A stretch of DNA of 53,351 nucleotides, counting the filler, from Malassezia furfur (taxonomy: Eukaryota): the NCBI GenBank assembly GCA_052055015.1. It is 2 parts of 2 records of this genome, joined end to end, with 100 filler letters (N's around TTAATTAATTAA, not from the genome) between each part and the next. Parts side by side here need not be neighbours in the genome. Positions count along the whole stretch, not along the records: positions 26,801 to 53,351 come from JBQJIT010000123.1; 1 more part is not named here. One strand, given 5' to 3'. Under the pieces are notes generated by a model. The model worked only from the letters and a program-made list of their open reading frames with translations. It was not told the DNA's origin and did no database searches. Made by a program: the position numbers and the translations under genes. Below are positions 43,775 to 53,351 of the stretch, piece after piece. Positions within the stretch are counted from its first letter, which is position 1. Each line of letters opens with the position of its first letter.

Positions 43775-45554
43775 ATGTCGTGGAGACTGGGCAAGAGTAT
43801 GTGGGGAGACATTGACGCAGAATTGCGCGAAAGCTCGAGCTTTGCATTTGGGCCCCCGAGGGTTCCGTCGCCCGTCGACCGCTCCACGACGCCAAAACCC
43901 AACGCCCCAGCACCGAGTACGAAGGAGGCCTCGACGCCGAAGCCTGCCCAGGCGCGGGGGGACGATGCTGCGCAATCGGACCTACTCGCGGTGAGTGTCG
44001 TGACTGCGCGCGGTCTGTCGCTTCCCTCTGGAAAGGTGCTCGCAGAAAAATCGGGTGATGCGCTACAGAGCAAATCGCTGCGCGAGCGCCAAACCTTCCT
44101 ACCCTACGTGGTGTTGGAATTCGACAAAAACGAGGTGCTGATCCTTGCCTCGAGTGGTGACCTATCAGCGCCGCAGTGGCAGTTCACCGCCTACTTGTAC
44201 GTGCCGTGGCTGACGCAGTGACATCTCGCGCAAGACCGAAGTCAGCCTACACGTCTACCTGCGCGGCGAGGCCGTTGCACCGGCAGCCGCGACCAGTTTC
44301 GGCATCATGGGCATGTTCCGCAGCTCGACACCCAAAGCGGAGGACCAGCATGGGGGACAGCGGAAGCCGATGCGGGACCTAATGGGGGAGAACGACGTAT
44401 ATCTGGGAACGGCGAAGCTGGTGCCGTCGTTTGAAAGCGCGCGCGCCATGGACACCTGGCTGCCAGTCTCGGGCGGTACGGGCCAGATCCATGTGCAGCT
44501 CGCATTCAAGCCACAGCAAGGTCATTCGTTGTCGATTGAGTCGTTTGAGCTGCTCAAAGTCATCGGCAAAGGCAGCTTCGGCAAGGTGATGCAGGTTCGC
44601 AAGCGCGACACAAACCGGATTTACGCACTGAAAATCATTCGCAAGGCGCACATTATCTCACGCTCCGAGGTGACGCACACGCTGGCCGAGCGTACGGTGC
44701 TTGCCCAGGTCAACAGCCCATTCATTGTGCCGCTCAAGTTCTCCTTCCAGAGCCCCGACAAACTGTATTTGGGCCTCGCGTTTGTCAATGGTGGCGAGCT
44801 CTTCCATCACCTCCAGCGAGAGGGGCACTTCTCCGAGGAGCGCGCTCGCTTCTACACAGCCGAGCTCTTTTGTGCACTCGAGCATCTGCACGACTTCAAC
44901 GTGATCTACCGCGACCTGAAACCGGAAAACATCCTGCTCGATTACACCGGGCACATCGCCCTGTGCGACTTTGGTCTGTGCAAACTGAACATGGGCGACA
45001 AGGAGACGACGCACACCTTCTGCGGTACGCCCGAGTACCTCGCGCCGGAACTGCTGCTGGGTCGTGGTTACACCAAGTCTGTCGATTGGTGGACGCTTGG
45101 AGTGCTGCTTTACGAGATGCTCACCGGCCTTCCGCCGTTCTATTCGGAGGACGTCAGCGAGATGTACCGCAAAATTCTCCACGACCCGCTCACATTCCCC
45201 CCCGAGGTGCAGCCTGACGCACGCGACTTGCTGACGCGTCTGCTGCACCGCGAGGCAAGCGAGCGCCTCGGCTATGGACCACACGGCGCTGCCGAGATTA
45301 AAAGCCATCCATTCTTTACCAAGCATATCGACTGGGCACTGCTCCTTGCGAAAAAAGTGCAGCCGCCGTACAAGCCCGGGGTACAGTCGACGCTGGACAC
45401 GTCCAACTTCGACCCGGAGTTTACGAGCGAGCCTGCCCAAGACAGTGTGGTGGACGAGAGCCATCTGATCAGCGCTGCAAACCAAGAACAGTTCTCGGGC
45501 TTCAGCTACAATGCTGGTGCCGAGAGCGTGAGCGTGGGCAACTCCTGGCAATGA
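43775..45554 (+). CDS. YPK1: AGC Ser/Thr kinase Ypk1/Gad8
   Basis: C2-like LPYVVLEFDKNE, IGKGSFGKV, YRDLKPEN, DFGLCK, TFCGTPEYLAPE and hydrophobic motif FSGFSY; 22-nt intron 44197-44218. Confidence 0.95.
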
Positions 45555-45700
45555 CTATGGGAAGAGTGTACGATATAGGGCAAGGTTGTAGATGTGCAAT
45601 TTTTTTCAACGCGCTTTTGTGGGGTACGGCGCAGGAATTGTCGACCTCACCACACCGTGCCATTGATCTTGCCTTTTATTTGCGGGGCCCTCTGTCGAGC

Positions 45701-46157
45701 ATGATTACCGCGCCGTATTTGATGTGGGTCATGGCCACATTGGCATGTTTGCTGGGTGTGCGGACACAGGACACTCCCGTCACGTCGCCGACCAATTCGT
45801 ACTATACGCCCGCCCAGACCTACACACCGATCACCACCCTGCCAAGTGGGCAAAGCGGCACAGTGGTCGTCGTGACGGGCGTCGGTCCGAGTGAGACGCC
45901 GGATAGCTACTCGTGGAACTACACTGCGGCGCTCTCGACGCTCGCGCCGACTGTAAACTCTGCGCTTTCCTCGTCGCTCGCCAAGAGCATTGACCTGCGG
46001 TCGAGCGCGAGCAATTTGGAGCCCGACCCCAAGAACCTCCAGGTATGTCTTGCATCGTCGTCTCACACAGACGGTGGGTGGTGCTGTGACCATCGGTATC
46101 CAATGGACGTTGACGGTGCTCGCCGCCGCCTTGACCATAGCCGCTATTCAGCTCTGA
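45701..46157 (+). CDS. Small Ser/Thr-rich secreted, probably GPI-anchored surface protein (142 aa)
   Basis: Signal-like MITAPYLMWVMATLACLLGVRT and an S/T/P-rich body. After the 28-nt intron 46043-46070 comes a hydrophobic C-terminus TVGGAVTIGIQWTLTVLAAALTIAAIQL*. Confidence 0.72.
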
Positions 46158-46203
46158 TCTGTACTACTAGCCGCATTCATCTACTTTGCGCATCTGGGAC
46201 AGT

Positions 46204-47662
46204 CTACGCAAACGAGGTCTGTGGAGAAGACTGGGCCGTGGAAGACGAGGCACCCTGTGCGGCTGCGGCCGCGCCCGGCACCGCCTTGCCCGAGGGTGCC
46301 AGCTGCGTTGGCCCCGTCGAGAAGGTCTGCGCGGAGGGCTTTTCCTCGAGCATTTCGTACATCAGCACAAAGCTCTTGGACACCTTTTCCCAGGACCCCG
46401 GGTCGAAGAAGACATAGGTTCCGCGCTCGTACGTTGGAGTCTTTTGCAGCGGCTCCGTGTTCTGCTCCTTGGTGAGCCAGAGGTGCAGGCCCTTGTGGTA
46501 GCGCCAATTGCGCGCATACAACTCCTGCGCTGCAACTTCTTGCAGCACATCCCGTGGCGTGGAATAGAAGATGAAAAAGAGCGTTTCGTCGCTGAAACTC
46601 GCGATCTTAGTCTGCGCCGGAGGCGGTGGCTGGACGTTGTAGCAGCTCGGCAGCTGGTAAGCCGGCTCGACCTGCATCGACGCCAGCGTCGGGTCCTGCG
46701 ACCAGGGCGTCACAAAGGACGCAGCGAGCGAGTCGAGCGAGTCGAGGTTCATGCCGAGCGTCTGCAGATTATTGCCCATCGTCAGCATCGACATGTCCGG
46801 ATCCTGCGTCTTGATTAGGCTCACAAGCCCCACAAGCCCAAACCGGTCCGCAGGCGATGCCAGCACCTGGTGGATTGGCCGCTGCACCGCGTCGTTGTTC
46901 GCCACAAACGCCGCATGCCCAGGCACGTCGTGCGCCGCCATCTCGAGCGACTTGGCCTCGGCGTCCGTGGGATGCTCCATGCGTATCCCTGCGCCACCTT
47001 CACCCGAGGACCGTGCCATGCCTAACCGATTCAGCGCCGCAGGCTGCTGCGCGCCGTACGACTGCATCCACGCGGACGGCGCCGCTGGCTGGTTCAGGGT
47101 GCTCGGCGACTGCGGGCCGTGCAGGTTGTGTTTCCGGGCAAGGTCCTGCGCCTGCATCAGCCACGTGTGTCTACGCACGAGATTTTGTCGTTGCTGTTGC
47201 TGCTGCTCCTGTTGCCAAGCGACCGGCGCTGCGTGGTCTGGGTGAGCAGAAGAAGACGTACCCATAGGGTGCATGCTGGTCGACACACCGTGCGCGCCCC
47301 GCGGCTCCGACGCCGCGGGTTGTGCGCGGTTTAGCGCGGGAAACTCGTCGTGCGTAAAGGGTGCGCCGCGCGAAAGCATCCCCATCATCCCCATGTTCAT
47401 CGAGGAGTTGGAAAGACCCGCGGCGGCCTGTGTCGCGTACGGCGAGAACAGGTTGTTGTTCGCGCCGCTGGAGCTGACTTGTGCGCCCTGCGATCCAAGT
47501 GCAGGGAAGTCGTTCAAGTCCAGATTCGCCGAGTTGGAGGCGCCGGAAGCAAAGCCGGGATGGCTGCCGGCCATGCCGCCGGCATTCGCGAAGCCCATCG
47601 AGGGGCCTGCACTGTTGGAAGAGGGACGTCTGCGTGAGTTGCGCCACCTACCCTGAATTCAT
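46204..47662 (-). CDS. NOT2: CCR4-NOT subunit Not2 (Cdc36)
   Basis: DFPAL motifs, DRFGLVGL, FSDETLFFIFYSTPRDVLQ and NWRYHK (NOT box). An 11-nt first exon, a 22-nt intron 47630-47651, and a probable in-frame 27-nt intron 47152-47178. Confidence 0.93.
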
Positions 47663-47874
47663 CAAGACTGCAGCGCCCGTATTTTGATTGTGCGCCGATC
47701 CGCGCAAGGCCATCAATGCAGGTGAGCAAAGCGAGCACAAAAGCGTTGTGCGTGGCGCAGAGCGCCGCACCTGCCGCGGTCATCTGACAGGTGACCTACT
47801 AGGCCCCAGGTGCCTTATTTCCCAAACGCTGCGACGCGCCGGTTCAACACGTCCCCTCGGGTGCAGCGACAGAG

Positions 47875-49448
47875 ATGGCGTCTGGGCCCGCGAAAGAGGA
47901 GATTGCCGAGATCTTCAAATCGTTCAAGAATGCGCACAAAGCCAACAAGGTGTGCTTTGACTGCGGCGCAAAAAACCCGACGTGGGCCAGCGCGACGTTC
48001 GCCGTGTACATCTGCCTCGACTGCTCCTCTGTTCATCGCAACATGGGCGTGCACATCACCTTTGTCCGGTCCACGAACCTCGACTCGTGGACGTGGCAGC
48101 AGCTGCGCCTCATGAAGGTGGGCGGAAACGGCGCGGCGAGCGACTTCTTCGCCGCTCACGGCGGCAGTGTCTTGCTCGCCCCGTCGACGCAGGGCAAGGA
48201 GAAATACACCTCGCAGGTCGCTGCACTCTACAAGGAGGAGCTGCACCGCAGGGCGCTCCAGGACGCCGCAGGGCTCGGCCTCAATGCGCCGTTCGCGATC
48301 CCGGGCGTGGCTCCGGCGGGCGGCGCCAAGGGCGCCAAGGGCGCCGACCTCGACTTCTTTGACGAATGGGACACTCCGGCGACGTCGAGCGCCACGGCCC
48401 CGGTGGCCGCGGACACCGTGCCTGTGACGACCGATGCCGCATCGCCGAGCGTCTCATCGCCGGCGCTCACGCAGACGTCGATCCCCGCACCGCCCATCAC
48501 AGAGACACCGCTCGCCCAGCCGGCCGCAGTCCAGGCGCCTCGGCCCGTCACGTCGGCGGCGCTGCGCGGCGCCGGCGTAGGTGCCGGCCGCCGTCCAGGC
48601 GCACTGGGTGCGGTGCGCGCAACCAACAGCCCGTCGCTAGGTGCGAAACCTGGAAAGCTCGGTCTCGGTGTGCGCAAGACGGGCGCAGCGGCCAACTTTG
48701 ACTTTGATGCGGCCGAGCGCCGCGTCAAGGAGGAGCAGGCGCAGGCGGCCGAGGCGGCGCGTGCTGCGCGTGAGGCCCAAGTGGCTGCGGATGCGGCTGC
48801 CGAGGAGGCAGCGCAGCGCGCAGCGACGGCGCGTGCGCAGGAGCCTGCAGCTGCGCCCGCCCCGGCGCCGCGTGTTGAGAAGCCGTCACCCAAGGCGAAC
48901 CCCAACGTGGACCGACTGGGGATGGGCTTCTCGCGCCTGGGCCTAGCGCAGGCGCGCAACCAGGCGGCGCTGAAGAAGGCGGCAGATGCCAAGAAGGAGA
49001 GCTTGGCAGGTACGTGGTGTGTGACTCACGTTGCAGATGCGGAAGAGACCAACTATGCACGAACCAAGTTTGCGTCGCAGAAGTGTGCGTGCTTTGTACG
49101 CTGACCGCAGCCATTTCGTCGGACCAGTATTTCCAGCGCGGTGGGTACGACCCGAACCTGTCCTCCGAGGCCCAAACGCGCCTCGCGAACTTCCAGGGCC
49201 AGACGTCGATCTCGTCGAACCAGTACTTGTGCGTAGCAATGCACTGACGCAGCGGCCGGGACGACGACGACGAGGCGGCGGACGAGATGCCCGAGCGCGA
49301 CGACTTTGCCGACCTCGAGGCGAGTGCGAAGGCGTACTACCGCAAGTTCATGTCGAACCCCGACGTGCAACAGGGCATCGAGTCGTTCCGCTCGGGCGCG
49401 CTGAAGCTGTCGCAGTATCTCGAGGACCTGAGCCGCAACGGTGCTTAG
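47875..49448 (+). CDS. GLO3: ArfGAP Glo3 (ArfGAP2/3)
   Basis: [13 protein letters not shown]...[20 protein letters not shown], plus Glo3 motifs SISSDQYF and SISSNQYFG. Introns 49010-49036 (27), 49085-49110 (26) and 49229-49252 (24). Confidence 0.94.
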
Positions 49449-49503
49449 GTACACACCTCCATATAATGAAGAGTCATCGTAGCCACGACACTCCACCCGA
49501 AGC

Positions 49504-50758
49504 ATGTCGACCTTCGGAACGTTCTTCCGCGTGTCTACATTTGGCGAATCGCACTGCAAGGCAGTGGGATGCATCGTCGATGGTATCCCGCCAGGTATGG
49601 CCGTCGAGGAGCAGGATATCCAGCGGCAGCTCACCCGCCGCCGCCCGGGCCAGAGCAACTTGACCACGCCGGTACGTGTTTCCCCCGCTGACGCAGCGCG
49701 ATGAGAAAGACAAAGTCGAGATCCTCTCTGGCACAGAGCGCAACGTTACTCTCGGTACGCCAGTGGCGATGATGGTGCGCAACCAGGACCAGCGCCCCCA
49801 CGACTACACGGACGAGACGCTCGACAACTTCCCCCGCCCGAGCCATGCGGATTATACCTACCTCGAGAAATACGGGGTGAAGGCAAGCAGCGGTGGCGGG
49901 CGCAGCAGCGCTCGTGAGACAATCGGCCGTGTGGCAGCCGGTGCTCTCGCGGAAAAGTTCCTCAAGGAGGCCTACGGCTTGGAGATTGTTGCCTTTGTGT
50001 CGTCGGTCGGCCAGGTGGCTGTTCCGCAGTACCCTACCACGTCGGCGATCGACGACGTCGATGCCTCCGAGCTCCCCATGAGCCAGGAGTTTCTTGAGCT
50101 GCTCAACAGCGTGACGCGTGAGCAGGTCGACCGGGAAGACGTGCGGTGTCCGGACGCCGACGTCGCGGAAAAGATGCGCCAGCGGATCATGGCCGCCAAG
50201 GCGAAGAACGACTCAATCGGCGGCACGGTGACCTGTGTACTGCGCAACGTCCCTGTCGGGTTGGGCGAGCCGACGTTTGACAAGCTCGAGGCTATTCTGG
50301 CGCACGCCATGATGAGCATCCCGGCCACCAAGGGCTTCGAGATCGGCTCCGGTTTCCGTGGCACGCAGGTGCCGGGCAGCCTGCACAACGACCCTTTCGT
50401 GGCCAAGGCTGATGGCACGCTCGGGACCAAGACCAACTGGAGTGGCGGAATCCAGGGCGGAATCTCCAACGGAGAACACATCTACTTCCGTGTCGCCTTC
50501 AAGCCTCCAGCGACGATCTCACAAGAGCAGCATACGACCCAGTACGATGGCAAGGAGGGCGTGCTCAGCACGCGTGGACGCCACGACCCGTGCGTCGTTC
50601 CGCGCGCCATCCCCATCGTGGAGTCTATGGCGGCCATCGCCATCATGGATGCAGTGCTCGCTCAGGATGCACGCGCAAAATCGGCAAGCCAGCTGAACCC
50701 TGCCGCCGTCGCTGCGCTCCCTCGCAGCATGAAAAAGCACAACCACCCTTCGATGTAA
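49504..50758 (+). CDS. ARO2: Chorismate synthase
   Basis: [41 protein letters not shown] and GRHDPCV; 25-nt intron 49672-49696. Confidence 0.98.
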
Positions 50759-50822
50759 AATCTAGATGGATGCAGCAATGAATAGAGGGACTACCGTTGG
50801 TATATGTGGGGGGAATAACTCC

Positions 50823-51176
50823 TCACTTTTTCTTGCCCTTCATAGTTGCGCGCCGTCCCTCACCTGGAAAGTGTCAGTTTTCCTAGCACAACATACCCTT
50901 CTTAGGCGGGCCCTTTCCGAGCATCTTCTTACGCTCCACGTCCGCGACGCGCTGCTTCTCCTCCGGAAACATGAGGCGACCAATGCCCGGCACAGCATCG
51001 CGGACTGTCCGGAGGTTCAGTTGAGGGGGGTAGTAGCGCAGCATCGCCGCACCCACCAGCGATTTGCGCAGGTATTTCGCACCAGTACGCACATTGGTCG
51101 GGTTGTATGTGGTACCGAACACTTTGCTCCGCAGCGCTTGGAGTGCAGCGAGTGACTTGGAAGGCGGCCCTGCCAT
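50823..51176 (-). CDS. RSM27: Mitochondrial ribosomal small-subunit protein mS33/Rsm27
   Basis: VFGTTYNPTNVRTGAKYLR, YYPP, and GKGPPKKGEGRRA after the 33-nt intron 50864-50896. Confidence 0.92.
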
Positions 51177-51522
51177 CACGACTCCAACGGTGGACGACGC
51201 AACGGTATTCGACGGTCACGTGATGCGTTCTTCAGCCTCCGGTGCTGTTGGGACGTGCGAGCCAGGGTTGCAGAAGATAGGCTTGTTCCCCAAGGGGAGT
51301 GCTACGAGGCAAAAAGCTTAACAATATACAAGGTGAAAGTGACCTAGAAAAGATCCTCGTAAGGCCATTGTCAGTTTGATTACAGAAACAAGCGCTGAAT
51401 TGGATTCAGTTCGTTGATGTTGGTTGCTCCAATGTGAGCTCCTTTGTTTCGTTACATTCATGACGACGCATTGTACTGCGCGCTAGTCCGAAAACTTGGT
51501 TGTGCTTGCATCATTTTAAGAC

Positions 51523-52452
51523 TTAGTCCGATCCTTCATTCGGCTGCTCAACAATAGTTGGGTTTTGCCGAGACGGCTGCGAAGCTTGCTGTTGGGCAGG
51601 GACCTCGGCTGCAAAAATCGCACTACCCTCGATGGGCGGGGGAAGATCATAGCGATCGGAGGGGTTAAAGGTGCTGGGAGCATTGGTCTCTTCACGAGAT
51701 ACTGCACGCTCGTATGAAGGCGCCTCCTCAGTAGGCATGTTGTAGTTGTAAGGGCCGTAGTTCGGCTCCTCCTCTGACTCTTCCTCGTATTCCTCCGAGT
51801 CCGTCTCGTCAAGCACACCAGGGTCTTCGTTGCGAAGAACCGGCACAATTGGCCCAGCGATTTCGTTGGCATCCTTGACCTTCTTTCCACCCGATGCAGA
51901 AAGACCTTGGAACGAGTTGGGGTCGCGAGTGATAGCCTCGTTCTTGTCGATGTTCTCCTCGTCGGAATCGGACATCGAAGGACGGATCTGGATACCAGCC
52001 TTGTCGGAGATCGTCTTTTGGCCCATGGAACCCATGCTGTCCGAGGCAAGAGGTACAATGTTTTCCTCGTCTTGCTGAAGGGGGCGCGCACTCTTCTCTT
52101 CGCAAATGCCAAGCACGCGCAGGTTGGAAAAGGCTTGCCTGCGGTCGTCCCTCGTCGAGAAGATGGGTAACTCGTAAAGCATCCTAATCGCCAGCGATAA
52201 CAGGAGGAACCCCACACTGATACCAGCAGCAACAATGATCAAGAAGAGGGAGCTGGTTGGGACTTTGCTGTTCGGAAACGCCTCAAACCAGTAACCTTTA
52301 TCGGCTTTCCTGAAATGGTTTGGATGGTGTTGCTCAGAGAAACGATACATCCCTTCCGCGTCGCCCTGGGAATTGAAAGGAGCTGCAGTGACTGCAAATG
52401 CTCCCATTGTTACGAGAACAGCGCTGGTCCGTAGGCCTGTGATACCATGCAT
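51523..52452 (-). CDS. Hypothetical single-pass type I membrane protein with acidic cytosolic tail
   Basis: ATG 52452, signal-like VLVTMGAFAVTA, TM LFLIIVAAGISVGFLLLSLAI, and an acidic tail with APSYE; no family recognised. Confidence 0.7.
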   Translation of the reverse strand: MHGITGLRTSAVLVTMGAFAVTAAPFNSQGDAEGMYRFSEQHHPNHFRKADKGYWFEAFPNSKVPTSSLFLIIVAAGISVGFLLLSLAIRMLYELPIFSTRDDRRQAFSNLRVLGICEEKSARPLQQDEENIVPLASDSMGSMGQKTISDKAGIQIRPSMSDSDEENIDKNEAITRDPNSFQGLSASGGKKVKDANEIAGPIVPVLRNEDPGVLDETDSEEYEEESEEEPNYGPYNYNMPTEEAPSYERAVSREETNAPSTFNPSDRYDLPPPIEGSAIFAAEVPAQQQASQPSRQNPTIVEQPNEGSD

Positions 52453-53351
52453 ATTGTAAGACCTCGAGTAGCGTCCACAGGCAGAGCACCGCAACAGATG
52501 GGGAAGTGAGGTTAGAAAGCCTTAGCTTGCGGTAGGGGCAGTTCAGCTGCGAGACCGCGCATCCCCTTTCTGGCCCACTCTTTGCTACTTTTTTCGGCAC
52601 CGTGCACGCAGGTACATGGCCCACACCGGGCTCCCTGCGGTTCGTTAGCACGTCTTGGCGATCCGATTGTCTCTAATTTGCTGGCCCACATTAGACACCG
52701 ATATCAGTGCAGCAGCGTTTTAAGGGATAGCCAATTACTTCGACCTATAGAGTTGTAAAAGATATATGGATGCTCCAATCAGCAACGGCCTTTAAGCTCA
52801 TGAGCTTGCTAAGCGTGGGTGGATCAGGGTGAAGCGAAACTGAGCCCGCAAAGCTTGGTTGACTCGCGGTAAACACAACCGAGTCTGTTCAGCCATTATC
52901 TCCTTCTCGGCCGACACGGCGTTATCGCGCGGAAAGGATCCCAAGGCTGTGTCGCCGCGCCGCGCAACAAAGTTTACCCGATTACCTCGTTTGCGATAAA
53001 GTTCGGACATAATTTTACGCATCACAGCTCTCTGATTGGACTGGGGTATTGCTCCGATCCGTTTCTCGCTAAAATAAAAATTCCCGAGAGCGGATCAAAC
53101 GGAATTTGCGCAAAGAATACCGCAGTGCCCAGAAAATGCACGCCAAGGCTGAAAAAGTGGTAATGTGGACAAAATAAGATTATTCAAACACACGGACATA
53201 ACGTCGTGGCGATGCGGGCCGGACAAGCGAGGAAAAACAGTCTTTGACCCAACTTGCGCAGAAGGGCTGTATAATTGGTTTTTCATTGGCTGTTTTTACT
53301 ATACACTGTTTTATGGTACCTGGGTCTGATTTAGATTGAGCACTATTGATG

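Noticed and set aside
12620..50900. Many apparent frameshifts or pseudogenes in conserved genes
   Set aside because: All but the LtrA case are resolved by canonical GT-AG micro-introns with branch sites.
1..53351. Metabolic gene cluster (TRP4 and ARO2; PGI1 and PGM), or CRISPR, transposon, tRNA and rRNA features
   Set aside because: Pathway-related genes are over 16 kb apart among unrelated housekeeping genes. I recognised no repeat-spacer array, transposase/RT ORF, tRNA or rRNA.

Overview
Eukaryotic, extremely gene-dense, GC-rich fungal DNA, most consistent with a Malassezia-like basidiomycete yeast (inferred from gene density, tiny introns and composition). I count 32 protein-coding genes, mostly housekeeping: two tandem PDR-type ABC transporters, TLG1, UGGT, TVP38, IBA57, an LtrA-family protein, a 5'-nucleotidase, a mitochondrial HMG-box protein, PGI1, a KH-domain splicing factor, an Rrn9-like protein, a Gly/Met-rich orphan spanning an assembly gap, TRP4, FRQ1/NCS1, HCS1, ETF-beta, MIR1, ALG11, VPS34, SEN34, a C2H2 zinc-finger protein, PGM, a quinone oxidoreductase, RPC19, YPK1, a small GPI-type protein, NOT2, GLO3, ARO2, RSM27 and an orphan membrane protein. 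Main observations: (1) of 45 hand-placed GT-AG introns, 43 are 22-37 nt, with a floor at 22 nt and a dip at 3n lengths. (2) The only two long introns (both 133 nt, in RPC19) each appear to host a box C/D snoRNA with an 18S rRNA guide (snR57-like and snR41-like) in identical geometry. (3) Intergenic spacers are minimal, with recurrent CACGTG in divergent promoters and a perfect 16-bp palindrome between TLG1 and UGGT. All gene models and family calls were made by eye, without database searches.
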